Positions 1 through 9,453 of a stretch of 64,000 bases of DNA are shown here, piece after piece (position 1 is the first letter of the stretch; each line of letters opens with the position of its first letter). Below the pieces are notes generated by a model. It saw nothing but the letters and a program-made list of their open reading frames with translations. It ran no database searches and was not told the DNA's origin. The DNA is from Armatimonadota bacterium (GTDB lineage: Bacteria; Armatimonadota; UBA5829; DSUL01). The position numbers were made by a program, and so were the translations under genes. The stretch spans positions 256,001 through 320,000 of the forward strand of contig JBDHZC010000003.1 in the NCBI GenBank assembly GCA_039811685.1. Direction: 5' to 3'.

Positions 1-1467
1 ATCGTAGAAACTGCGCCCTGCTGGGGCCGCCTTGCCGTACCAGTTCTCATAAAAATCGTCGCATACAGCGTCCACGTCTGCGCTGGCGTTCCATTCCAGT
101 TTTGCACGCACGTAGCGGCTGAGTACTCCCGGCTCAGCCCAGACACTCCTTGCTTCGTCGTGGAATCCGATGAGGCCGGCTTTCTTGAGAAAAGGAATAT
201 CGCGTTTGAGTTTGCGAACCTCGGGAACCGGAGTGAGAGCAGATGCCAGCATGTTGTCGATGTAGCCGTACAGCCACACATTGTCGCTGAGTGCGCACCA
301 CTGCCGGATCATCTCTCCCATTCGTTCCTTCTGCCAGCAGTGAGGGTCATCGAAGGCGTGGATCGTGCAGCTCCAGATAGCCGCAAACATGATGACTTCG
401 TGATCGTTCAGTTTGACTCCGCGGGGCGGGAGAGTTCTGTTTGCATAGCCGTTGGTAGCGATGTAGACGTCTGGGAACTCTGAGCGAACCTCTTCTATCA
501 CTCTGTTTACGAACTGAAACCACTCTTCGCTGATGCTGACTTCGGAAGGCACGCCTGGCCGTCCGATCGGGTCTGTAAATCCTTGATTCAGTTTGCGTGC
601 CTGCGGACCCCAGTCACGTGGCATTCCGTCATCCGGAGCAAAAGCGAAGGATGTCCGCCCCGGATGCTGTCTGAAATAGTCTTTGATCTTCTCCGCCACA
701 GCTCTTGCCGCATCGGGGTTGGTGAGGCTTGGCATGTGGAAGTTCAGAGAGCCGTCCTGATTCTCAGCAAACAGCTCCGGGTGCGCTTTTGCTTCATCGC
801 CTTCAGGCAGCAGGTCCCTTATGCTGGAGTCGGTGGGAATCTTGAAGATGTCGTCGGGATTCATCTTGTTGCGGATTTTCCATCGCTTTTCCTGCTCTGT
901 GTATTTGGGCGGCGTGTGGCACCACCAGTTGCGCATGACAAAGTCCGGCCGTTCAACAATTGCCGTCGGTTCGAAAGAGACGCTGCGGTGTCTGGGTATG
1001 TACTCTCCAAACTCTCCAGGTGCGTACCAGCGCACGCCCAGCCTGTTCAGAAACTCATAAACCGCGTACTCCGTGCCGTGATAGGGGTCCGCGTCATTTC
1101 CCGCCAACACGAGGCGCTCGGGCGTGCAGAAGATGACAAAGCCCTCCTCGCGCCTGGCCGAAGTGACTCCGGATGGAATCCGGCTATCCCATGCCAGTGT
1201 AGCCTTGCTCCTGCCAACCAGAATTGCGCTTCCAGACAATGGCTGGTTGTCCTCCACAATCGGAAGCTTCGCTCCTGACATGGCTTCGATACAACGCTGC
1301 AGATCGGCGGCGGCCTCTCCGGTTTTCTCGCTCCTGACATCTGCGACGACGATAGTTGTCGCCGGGCTTCCATCTCGCACAACAACAAAGGGCTGAGCTG
1401 CAGCGCGTGCGCCCAGGCCGGCAGACAGAACGATGAGAATAGTTCGCAGAGTCTTGTAATATCGCAT
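1..1467 (-). CDS. Secreted DUF4838-like / glycoside hydrolase-like protein, truncated at the window edge
   Basis: Not in the ORF track. Read manually from ATG at 1467: MRYYKTLRTILIVLSAGLGARAAAQPFVVVRDG...AADLQRCIEAMSGAKLPI...LAGND..YHGTEYAVYEFLNRLGVRWYAPGEFGEYIP. Signal peptide plus a GH67/GH20 N-domain-like start typical of DUF4838 proteins. Confidence 0.75.
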   Translation of the reverse strand, partial: MRYYKTLRTILIVLSAGLGARAAAQPFVVVRDGSPATTIVVADVRSEKTGEAAADLQRCIEAMSGAKLPIVEDNQPLSGSAILVGRSKATLAWDSRIPSGVTSARREEGFVIFCTPERLVLAGNDADPYHGTEYAVYEFLNRLGVRWYAPGEFGEYIPRHRSVSFEPTAIVERPDFVMRNWWCHTPPKYTEQEKRWKIRNKMNPDDIFKIPTDSSIRDLLPEGDEAKAHPELFAENQDGSLNFHMPSLTNPDAARAVAEKIKDYFRQHPGRTSFAFAPDDGMPRDWGPQARKLNQGFTDPIGRPGVPSEVSISEEWFQFVNRVIEEVRSEFPDVYIATNGYANRTLPPRGVKLNDHEVIMFAAIWSCTIHAFDDPHCWQKERMGEMIRQWCALSDNVWLYGYIDNMLASALTPVPEVRKLKRDIPFLKKAGLIGFHDEARSVWAEPGVLSRYVRAKLEWNASADVDAVCDDFYENWYGKAAPAGRSFYD

Positions 1468-1836
1468 GTGGTTTCCTGTTGTCGTCGATTGCCAGAGGAA
1501 GTGTTGGTGACAATCCCATGTGCGTCCTCTCTTTGTCATACTTCTCTCAAATGCCGGTAGAAATGCTGTTTTTTCGCAGGCTGCCTGGCCTTTGACCTTG
1601 ACACACGAGTGTATTTGATAGACCATGACAGAGCAGTACGTATGGGCAGCGTCACGAACAACCGAGCGCTCCATCGCGCTGCGCCGCGCCAGCGTTGAGC
1701 CAGAACCAGTCTCTCTATTGCAGAGCTTGCTCAGCCATTTGGTGAAACGCTTCGCTACAACTCAACTTGGGCATTATAGCCTGAAATTCTGAGATAACCG
1801 GCCATCGTCGGCCAAATGACGAAGGAGAAGATGAGA

Positions 1837-2700
1837 ATGAACAGAGCAGTTTATGCCTGCATCGCAGCCTGTGCGCTGGCTGTTGTGCCGGTGCTGTCTC
1901 ATGCCGCGCCGGTATTTGGCACGATCAATAGTTCCAGCTCTCTGCCACCTGCAGGGTGGAGTGAGTACGGCGCGAGTGGAAATCCGAGCCCGGGCGTTAT
2001 TGCCAATCCTGACTATACGAAGCCCGGAGAAAGCAGCTCCAGTGAGGGCGCGATGTCCTATCTGGGCGAGGATGTTCTGAGCATCGAGCGCGCCAAAACA
2101 AAGGGTCCACACGGGTATCAGCAGTCGCTCTATGACCCTGATACCAACACCAACTATACTCACGTGACCCTTGAGTCAGAGTTTCGCGTCCGCTTCACCA
2201 ACAACACGGTGGGGAACCGGGGCGATGCCATTCTGGAGCTCGGTGTGCTTGGCGGCCCGACACTTGCCATTACCGCCAATGACAAAGACTATCCGTCCAT
2301 TGCCGACCATTACTGGTTCCGCCTGATTCAATACAGCACCAGTGCCGGTGTTGTCTCGACTCAGGAGATTATGCCTTTCCCACTCGTACCCGGAAGCACT
2401 CCGACTTCTGGCGAAAGCTACCAGGAGTCCAACTTTCATAGTGCAAAAATTGAGCTGAATGGCCCCCATGCGCTCGTATGGTGGGATGGCACGCTCATTC
2501 TGGACAGGGTTTTCACCGAGGGTCTGAACACTGCCGGTGGAAACGTCGCCTTTGGCGTAGGAACGCCCGTCAACAACGTGGGTGGCGCCAACGGCACAAA
2601 CTACTTCCGCAGTGTCACTCTGGTTCCTGAGCCGGGCAGTATGCTCACGCTGGGTGCAGGGGTGCTGGGCCTTTTGAGCGCACTGCGACGCAGACGCTGA
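1837..2700 (+). CDS. PEP-CTERM sorting domain protein with a beta-rich (lectin-like) passenger domain
   Basis: Signal peptide; C-terminus VPEPGS-hydrophobic helix-RRRR; SD GGAG 9 nt before ATG 1837. Confidence 0.93.
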   Translation: MNRAVYACIAACALAVVPVLSHAAPVFGTINSSSSLPPAGWSEYGASGNPSPGVIANPDYTKPGESSSSEGAMSYLGEDVLSIERAKTKGPHGYQQSLYDPDTNTNYTHVTLESEFRVRFTNNTVGNRGDAILELGVLGGPTLAITANDKDYPSIADHYWFRLIQYSTSAGVVSTQEIMPFPLVPGSTPTSGESYQESNFHSAKIELNGPHALVWWDGTLILDRVFTEGLNTAGGNVAFGVGTPVNNVGGANGTNYFRSVTLVPEPGSMLTLGAGVLGLLSALRRRR

Positions 2701-2727
2701 CTCAAGAGAACAATGTTCAACAATGCA

Positions 2728-2760
2728 GGAGGGAGCGCTGGGCAAATGCTGCCTCCCTCC
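2728..2760 (+). terminator. Intergenic hairpin (terminator/attenuator-like)
   Basis: GGAGGGAG...CTCCCTCC inverted repeat followed by a T-rich stretch. Confidence 0.55.
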
Positions 2761-2838
2761 CGCTTTCTGATCTTTTTATCTCACGCGTCCGCAGCGGATC
2801 TGAGCGCTGAGTCGACCGTTGAACTCGGAGAAGATTGA

Positions 2839-4266
2839 ATGAATAAGCTGTTTGTGGCTGTTGGCTGTACGGTTCTGATTTGCGCTGGGCCACGTCTCGG
2901 TTTTGCTGCGTGCGACCCGTGCCCTGACCCACAGATCCCCTACGGATTGACGGACGGCTCGACACTACCTGGCTGTCCGCTATGGAATCACTTGATCAAC
3001 TGCTATGGGCCCACGATCAACTTTGTCCGGATTGACGACCTCGGTGACGGCAACAAAGGCATCTTTATGCACAAGGACGACGACAACCGTCATCCGGGTC
3101 ACAGTCCTGTCAATGAGTATCGAGGTGAGCTTCTAGACGCAACAGAGTTGACGGCTTCCGCGCGATTCAGGGTGGACTACTGCAACAACCAGGCTATCTA
3201 CAAGGCCGGTGGAACCGGTGACGGCATGTTTCTTCTGCAGGTGAAATCCGGACTCTTTATTGACCTCGCAGACAAGGACTACTACAAAGGCCGGCCGGAT
3301 CACTACTGGTTCCGCCTCTATACTGTCACAGGGGCTGACAAGGACCACGTTGCTGACATTCAAGAGATTGATTTCAACGCGCAGCAGAAGTCGGGCTGGC
3401 ACACGATTCACGTCTACGTCAACTCTGGTACGTACATGGGACAAGTATTCTGGGATGGACTGGAGATATTCAACGGGCCGCTTCCCAGATCGGCCAGCGA
3501 GCTCAAGAGCCTTGAGTTCGGCCCGGCGCTGGTAGGTTTCAATGTCGGTGGCGCCATCAACGATACGACATGGGACTGGGTGAAGCTGGAGCAGGGCAAC
3601 ACTCTTGCTTTTGTGCCAGAAGCTGCGAGTATCGCATCAGCCAAGACCAGGCCAGACTTTACCTATCTGGCTTTGAACAATGTCGTTGTCAGCCGCGTCG
3701 GGTTTGACGGTTTCTGGGTTCAGCAGCAAGATCGCGCAGCAGGCATTCACGTGGTGACCAATCTCGAACACACAATGCCTGGAATCAGTGCCTCTGAAAA
3801 TCAGGTGGTCAATTTGGTCGGCACAGTACGTACACAGGGGTTGGAGCGCGTTTTTGTCGCCGACAGCATAGCGACCGTTGGGTCCGAGACTCCGGTTCCA
3901 CTCGGCACAAAGAATATCTCGGTTGGTGGTGAGAAAGTCGGCGGTGGAAACGGGCTTCCCGACGATGGCTTGCTTGTCAAGGTCTGGGGACGAATTACAG
4001 GGTATGACTTTATCTATTCCGGACCAGACGGCAATCCGGCCCCGTTTATCTACATTGATGACGGCTCTGGGGCAACCAACGATAGCCCGCTTGGGCTGGT
4101 GACTTCTCAGGTGCCGGGTCTGAAAGTCCTGACAGATCAGTTCCCATCCGGCCAACCGCAGTTCGCAACGGTCACGGGAATTGTTCGGCTTATGCCAGGT
4201 CCAAATAACACTGTGATGAGAGTCATTGATCTTTCCACAGTTGACTTCACAGATATCCCGCAATAG
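2839..4266 (+). CDS. Secreted protein: domain paralogous to the PEP-CTERM passenger plus an unnamed C-terminal domain
   Basis: Signal peptide; DKDY..DHYWFRL, V[FW]WDG and NVGGA motifs shared with 1837-2700; C-terminal region QQQDRAAGIHV...GLLVKVWGRITG...FIYIDDGSG. Confidence 0.8.
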   Translation: MNKLFVAVGCTVLICAGPRLGFAACDPCPDPQIPYGLTDGSTLPGCPLWNHLINCYGPTINFVRIDDLGDGNKGIFMHKDDDNRHPGHSPVNEYRGELLDATELTASARFRVDYCNNQAIYKAGGTGDGMFLLQVKSGLFIDLADKDYYKGRPDHYWFRLYTVTGADKDHVADIQEIDFNAQQKSGWHTIHVYVNSGTYMGQVFWDGLEIFNGPLPRSASELKSLEFGPALVGFNVGGAINDTTWDWVKLEQGNTLAFVPEAASIASAKTRPDFTYLALNNVVVSRVGFDGFWVQQQDRAAGIHVVTNLEHTMPGISASENQVVNLVGTVRTQGLERVFVADSIATVGSETPVPLGTKNISVGGEKVGGGNGLPDDGLLVKVWGRITGYDFIYSGPDGNPAPFIYIDDGSGATNDSPLGLVTSQVPGLKVLTDQFPSGQPQFATVTGIVRLMPGPNNTVMRVIDLSTVDFTDIPQ

Positions 4267-4280
4267 CGCTATCTCAAAAT

Positions 4281-4310
4281 GAGGCAGCCAGAACGAACCC
4301 TGGCTGCCTC
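4281..4310. other. Intergenic hairpin
   Basis: GAGGCAGCCAG-N8-CTGGCTGCCTC, a perfect 11-bp stem. Confidence 0.6.
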
Positions 4311-4333
4311 TCACTCTTCGGGATGCCTAGCCG

Positions 4334-5131
4334 ATGAAGAACTGGATTTCTGGAGATTCTGCAAACAAGGGGACTTGCAGGCGCGGCTCCGTGCGGGACA
4401 GGCGTGTTCCTTCGGTAGCCGACGACTTTCGGGGTCCTTATCTGCGCCGCTGCGGATTCACCTTGATTGAGCTTCTTGTGGTCATCGCGATCATCGCTAT
4501 TCTCGCGGCTATTCTCTTTCCGGTCTTTGCTCAGGCGCGTGCCCGCGCCAAGACTGCGAAATGCCAGTCACATCAAAAACAGCTTGTCGCAGCTCTGCTG
4601 ATGTACACAGATGACTACAATGGCCGCCTGCCGTGGATGAAGTTTCTCACCTACACCAACTACCGGATGCCGGACGGCTCAACTGTCCTGCTGCATCTCT
4701 ATGACCCGTACGTGAAGAATGACAACATCATCCTGTGTCCGTCGAAGATGGCCTACGCCTACAACGAATGCCTCATCAGCCCGCTCAGCAACAGTACGTA
4801 CGCCGGTACCGAGGCCTTCCGCTGGTCGTCGTTTCCCGGAACTGGCCGGGCTATGGGCGATATCGTTTCTCCTGCCGCCACTCCTGCGTTTATGGACGGT
4901 TTTCGCTACGAGAAAGACCCTTCCGGTCATCCGAATGGCTGGGGTTGGGAACCAGTGGACGGACTGAACAAAGACCGGATGATTAACCTGCACAACGACG
5001 GCGCCAACTATGCTTTTCTGGACGGGCATGTACGCTGGTTGAAGCCCGCAGGCAACGGCGTTTATGTTGCGGTGGAGGGAATTGATTATGACGGCAACGG
5101 TTCTACAGGCAGCGGACTCATTCTGCGCTAG
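4334..5131 (+). CDS. Prepilin-type N-terminal cleavage/methylation protein, DUF1559 family, with H-X9-DG motif
   Basis: [49 protein letters not shown]. Exact start codon uncertain. Confidence 0.92.
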   Translation: MKNWISGDSANKGTCRRGSVRDRRVPSVADDFRGPYLRRCGFTLIELLVVIAIIAILAAILFPVFAQARARAKTAKCQSHQKQLVAALLMYTDDYNGRLPWMKFLTYTNYRMPDGSTVLLHLYDPYVKNDNIILCPSKMAYAYNECLISPLSNSTYAGTEAFRWSSFPGTGRAMGDIVSPAATPAFMDGFRYEKDPSGHPNGWGWEPVDGLNKDRMINLHNDGANYAFLDGHVRWLKPAGNGVYVAVEGIDYDGNGSTGSGLILR

Positions 5132-5159
5132 TCCGGGCAGATTCCAAACCCGTACATGC

Positions 5160-5296
5160 GAAGAGCCTTCCCTGTTTACCAGAGAAGGCTCTCACAGTCC
5201 GCAGATTTAACGGCTGCGGATGCCCGTCAGAAAGGAGAAGGATGAAACGTCATTGCTCTTCGCTGTGCTGCAGTGGTGTGCCCTCACCCCTACATA
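5160..5296 (-). ncRNA. Candidate ECF-sigma-dependent small RNA (~135 nt)
   Basis: GGAAC-N17-CGTCAA promoter; unpaired CAUCCUUCUCCUUUC segment; 7-bp hairpin; 9-bp terminal hairpin AGAGCCTTC/GAAGGCTCT (5162-5192). Confidence 0.5.
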
Positions 5297-5300
5297 TATC

Positions 5301-5328
5301 TTGACGCCTCACCGCCCCAAATCGTTCC
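5301..5328 (-). promoter_or_regulatory. ECF-type promoter
   Basis: Minus strand reads GGAAC gatttggggcggtgagg CGTCAA. Confidence 0.5.
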
Positions 5329-5458
5329 TTCAATCTGACAATAAATAATTTCCGACGCCAGCGCAGACTCTTTCCGCTCCAAAATTCCTGCTCAGAGAAC
5401 GCCAATCTCTATCCTCGGCGGGTATCATCTGCATGCTCAAAGCTAAGGAGGCCCTCAG

Positions 5459-6418
5459 ATGAAAGCCATACGTGTCACCCAGTTCGGGGATCCGGAAGTT
5501 CTTCAACTCACGGAGGTCCCGGACCCTGTCCCCGGTTCCGGCCAGGTTGTAGTCCAGATCAAAGCTGCCGGTATCAACCCAGTTGACACCTACATCCGCT
5601 CAGGAGCCTACGGAGAGCGCCCGTTGCCGTACACTCCCGGATCAGATGGAGCGGGGACTGTAGAGTCGGTAGGCGAAGGCGTGAGTGGCATTCAGCCAGG
5701 AGACCGGGTTTACACCGCAGGATCTCTGAGTGGGACTTATGCTGAGAAAGCCCTCTGCGATGCCTCACAGATTCATCCTCTTCCTTCAAACATAAGCTTC
5801 TCTCAGGGAGCGGGCGTTTTTGTGCCTTTCGCTACCGCCCATTACGCACTCTACCACCGGGCAAAGGGTCTGCCTGGTGAATCCGTACTGGTGCATGGCG
5901 CAACAGGTGGCGTGGGGACAGCCGCTGTCCAGATTGCGCATGCCGGCGGTTTTGTTGTTTTTGGCACCGGCGGCACTGAGAGGGGGCGTGAACTGGTCGC
6001 GGAACAGGGCGCGGACTTTGTTCTGGACCATCACGCAGATGGTTATCTGGATGAAGCTGTCGCTTTGAACGGTGGTAAAGGTTTCGATGTCATCCTTGAG
6101 ATGTTGGCCAACGTCAACCTCGAGCGCGATCTCGAGCACCTGGCTGACAACGGGCGCGTCGCCGTAATCGGTAACCGGGGGACTGTTGAGATTGACCCGC
6201 GTCAGGCAATGCGCCGGGATGCTTCTATTCTGGGCGTTCTTCTTATGAACGCTGACGAAAAAACGGCTGCAGGCATCCACGCAGCGCTTTTCGCCGGATT
6301 GTCAAATGGCGCTCTGAAGCCCATTGTCGGCAGAGAGCTTCCGCTTTCTGCGGCCGCCCAGGGGCATGCGGACGTCATGGCTGCCGGGGCCTACGGGAAA
6401 ATCGTGCTGATTCCCTGA
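5459..6418 (+). CDS. NADPH:quinone reductase (zeta-crystallin/MDR family)
   Basis: GINPVD, PYTPGSDGAG, VLVHGATGGVG, C-terminal GKIVL. Confidence 0.93.
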   Translation: MKAIRVTQFGDPEVLQLTEVPDPVPGSGQVVVQIKAAGINPVDTYIRSGAYGERPLPYTPGSDGAGTVESVGEGVSGIQPGDRVYTAGSLSGTYAEKALCDASQIHPLPSNISFSQGAGVFVPFATAHYALYHRAKGLPGESVLVHGATGGVGTAAVQIAHAGGFVVFGTGGTERGRELVAEQGADFVLDHHADGYLDEAVALNGGKGFDVILEMLANVNLERDLEHLADNGRVAVIGNRGTVEIDPRQAMRRDASILGVLLMNADEKTAAGIHAALFAGLSNGALKPIVGRELPLSAAAQGHADVMAAGAYGKIVLIP

Positions 6419-6427
6419 ATCCATCAC

Positions 6428-7195
6428 TCAGCGCGCCAGCGCCGAGGTCGTCTTTGAGTTGCTCCCAGAGGACTGAATTGCGAGGTCATTCTGTTGTCGC
6501 AGTTTCACGACCCGGATAGTGTGGCCCTCCCACACCTCACTGGCGCTGATTCCGGTCACACTTACAGTGTCGTAAAGCGCAGGAGGTTGGATCGGTTCGT
6601 TGCCGCTGCCGGTTTCCTGGTAGTCGTAGCTGATTCGCACACCATACGGCCCGTACCCATCCAGCAATCGCTCCCCGTCGTCAATGTAGAAAAACCGATT
6701 GAAGTAGTTGATGTGCGTGACGACTCCCCATGTCGCCACGAGTAACCCTTTGTTGTATGGGCCTGTTGGCTTTGGAAGGTTCACGCCAGGCATTTCAAGA
6801 CTCTGTAGCGTTCTGGCATTTCCACCGAGGCTGCTGGCCCGCATGGTGAGGGGGCGCGGCAGGTCAGATGCAGGCGCTGGCGTGACCGGCGAGTTATAGA
6901 GTTGCAGATACGTCTCATCGGTGGCAGGGTCAACGCTCAGCAGCCCCTCGAGTTGGACGCGATCTCCGCGCCTGACACCGGCCGGATAGGAGTCTGCAGA
7001 GCGAACCTGAAGACCGAGTGTCCGCTCTGTGTTCTGAGCATAGAACACACCGTAGCGAAAATCCTGAAGCTCTGAATTGCTATCCGACGTGACTGTCATA
7101 TCGCCCAGCCTCACGAACACCTGGGGCGCAGCTTCGGCGAAGCCGCTGGGCGCCAACCAAAGAGTCAGAATGAGGGTGTAACACAGGTAACGCAT
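6428..7195 (-). CDS. Secreted stand-alone copy of the unnamed C-terminal domain
   Basis: Signal peptide followed by FYAQNTERTLGLQV...GDRVQLEG...PRPL...NKGLLVATWGVVT...FFYIDDG...GVRI...VSVTGIS. Confidence 0.75.
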   Translation of the reverse strand: MRYLCYTLILTLWLAPSGFAEAAPQVFVRLGDMTVTSDSNSELQDFRYGVFYAQNTERTLGLQVRSADSYPAGVRRGDRVQLEGLLSVDPATDETYLQLYNSPVTPAPASDLPRPLTMRASSLGGNARTLQSLEMPGVNLPKPTGPYNKGLLVATWGVVTHINYFNRFFYIDDGERLLDGYGPYGVRISYDYQETGSGNEPIQPPALYDTVSVTGISASEVWEGHTIRVVKLRQQNDLAIQSSGSNSKTTSALAR

Positions 7196-7205
7196 CTGCA
7201 ATCTC

Positions 7206-7234
7206 AGCGTACTGTCAACCTGCTACCCTGTCAA
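7206..7234 (-). promoter_or_regulatory. Sigma70 promoter giving a near-leaderless transcript
   Basis: TTGACA-N17-TACGCT ending 10 nt before ATG 7195; no SD. Confidence 0.6.
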
Positions 7235-7268
7235 GAAAAAAGAGGGACTGCGCGAGCAGCCCCTCTTC
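7234..7268 (-). terminator. Intrinsic terminator of the RCC1-repeat gene
   Basis: AGAGGGGCTGC-TCGC-GCAGTCCCTCT followed by a T-run on the minus strand. Confidence 0.8.
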
Positions 7269-7297
7269 AGTATCACAAAAGCTAAGTTGCCTTTCGC

Positions 7298-9274
7298 TTA
7301 GGAGTGAATGCGGATGTTTCCGAGTTTGAGCTGAGTCGTGCTGTCCGGAGTTGAAGAGTCCGGCTGTCCCATCTGGTTGTCATAAACGACATCTCCAGAA
7401 GCGTTCATGATTTTAATCCGCAGCTTGTCTTTGCCGCCGGCTATGGAGCCGTCAATGCCCGTCAGGAGATAGCTGTACCCCGCGTTACCGTTGAGTTTTC
7501 CACTGCCTTTGATCTGAACGCGCCCGCCCGAGATCACCAGCCATTCCATGTCCGTACTGTTGAAAACAACGCCCAGAGTGACATAGTTGAACGTGCGGTC
7601 ACCACTCGGTGTGGCATTATCGCCGCGGTAGCGCGACGCAAAGACAAACAGCCCCGGGCCGTGCAACCCCGGGCTGGCGACGTAAGCGCCGGCAGGAGAC
7701 GTAATCCACCCGGAACCTGTCACGTAACCTGCTGCAGGGTCGTAGACCACAACATACGCATTGGCAGGCCCGTTTGGAGTCTGCACAGTATCAGTTACGA
7801 TCTGGTTGTTTCCGGAGTCTGAGGCTATGAGTTTGACATCGTAAACGCCGGCCTGCGTAAAGGCATACGTGCCGCTAATATCTCCGGTGTTCTGATCAAC
7901 AGTCGCAGTTGCGCTTGATGATGCGGATGGGCTCTGGAATGACCACAGCGCGGAGACGATGCTCTGGCAACCGCCAGTGGACGTCCCACTCAGGGTCACA
8001 GGGGTGTTGACCTTATACACGGATTCCGGCTGCGGACCTGTGATAGCCACGGTTGGGGCTGCGCCGCCTATCGGGCCTGTCGGCAGGCCGACACCACTCA
8101 GATCCTGCACCTGGGCTGGTACTGGCTCACCGCCGATATACAGATTGTTCAGCGGCGTTACGGTTCCACGCCCAAGCTGGCCGTAGTCGTTGCGTCCCCA
8201 GCCCCAGACAGTGCCATCGTCTTCAACCGCAAGGCTGTGTCCCTGGCCTGCGGCTATGGCAACAACATTAGAGACTCCCGATACGAGAGTGGGAGAACTC
8301 AGTCCATAGGGACCATTTATGTCATAAAATCCGCACTGACCAAAGGCTGTGTGTCCCCACGCATAGACGTTGCCATCCGCCGTGAGAGCCAGGCTGTGCG
8401 CGTTGCCTGCTGCAATCGCAACGACGTTGGAAAGTCCGGGCACTTCAGTTGGCACATTGGAAATGCCGCCCTCAAATCCGCGTCCAAGCTGCCCGCGGTC
8501 GTTCTTGCCCCAGGCTAGCACCTTTCCGTCCGCTGCCAGCGCCAGGCAGTGATCGCCGCCCGCCGCAATGGCAGTAATGTTCGTTGGGCCATTGACGAGC
8601 GTAGGGGATGCTGCGTAGTTGCTGGGCGCCGTTGAGTACCCAAGCTGCCCATATTCATTCAGCCCCCATGTGAAAATCGTCCCGTCGCTGGCAAGCGCGA
8701 TGCTGTGGGAGTTTCCACCACTCACCGAGATAAACGTCGGTTGCGGAATTGTGACCGGATTGGCGGCGTTCGTTGTGCTGCCGTCACCAAGCTGGCCGTA
8801 ATCGTTCAGGCCCCAGCTTTCCAGATTCCCACCAGAGAGCGCAAGCCCAAAGGAGTTTGCGGCGCTCAGCGAGCCCGCGCCCGTGATTCCTATCGCCGTT
8901 GGCAACGAGAGGTTTCCGGAAACCGCTCCATTGCCCAGCGCTCCGTAGGTCTGCGATCCCCACGTTAGCACCTCGCCATTGGACTGGCGCACGCCGGCGC
9001 TGATGCCGTTGCCAGCGGATACGCCGGTCATACCGCATAGCCCCTGCACCTGAGCCGGGACAAGACTGTCAATCAGCGACCCGTTTCCGAGCTGCCCAAA
9101 GTTGTTCTGGCCCCACGCCCAGACAGAACCGTCTGTTTTTAGCGCCAGAGAGTGTGTCGTTCCGGCGCCAATGGGTTTGTAGTCAGTAGCAAATGCCCCG
9201 GGCGCCACTGTTGACAACAGCGCAACGCCCAGGATAGCTGAAATTAGACGCATCACCAATCTCCTCTCGAACAT
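7298..9274 (-). CDS. Secreted RCC1-repeat (BLIP-II-like beta-propeller) protein with PKD/Ig-like C-terminal domains
   Basis: About seven repeats of AG..HSLAL..DG.V..WG.N..GQLG; YAFTQAGVYDVKL; VVYDPAAGYVTGSGWI. Confidence 0.9.
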   Translation of the reverse strand: MFERRLVMRLISAILGVALLSTVAPGAFATDYKPIGAGTTHSLALKTDGSVWAWGQNNFGQLGNGSLIDSLVPAQVQGLCGMTGVSAGNGISAGVRQSNGEVLTWGSQTYGALGNGAVSGNLSLPTAIGITGAGSLSAANSFGLALSGGNLESWGLNDYGQLGDGSTTNAANPVTIPQPTFISVSGGNSHSIALASDGTIFTWGLNEYGQLGYSTAPSNYAASPTLVNGPTNITAIAAGGDHCLALAADGKVLAWGKNDRGQLGRGFEGGISNVPTEVPGLSNVVAIAAGNAHSLALTADGNVYAWGHTAFGQCGFYDINGPYGLSSPTLVSGVSNVVAIAAGQGHSLAVEDDGTVWGWGRNDYGQLGRGTVTPLNNLYIGGEPVPAQVQDLSGVGLPTGPIGGAAPTVAITGPQPESVYKVNTPVTLSGTSTGGCQSIVSALWSFQSPSASSSATATVDQNTGDISGTYAFTQAGVYDVKLIASDSGNNQIVTDTVQTPNGPANAYVVVYDPAAGYVTGSGWITSPAGAYVASPGLHGPGLFVFASRYRGDNATPSGDRTFNYVTLGVVFNSTDMEWLVISGGRVQIKGSGKLNGNAGYSYLLTGIDGSIAGGKDKLRIKIMNASGDVVYDNQMGQPDSSTPDSTTQLKLGNIRIHS

Positions 9275-9453
9275 ACAGTTGCGGGCGAATATGAGGTTGC
9301 TCTCGTTTTTGACAGGCCTCTGCTGGACCTTTTGGCGCTGTTATTCTAACGGTCAGTCAGCCGTTTGTAAAGAGCAGACCGTGAAAACTGAAGCGGCCAC
9401 TCGATCTATAAGCGCAAGAAGAGACGCCTGGACTTCTTACAGATTACACTTCG

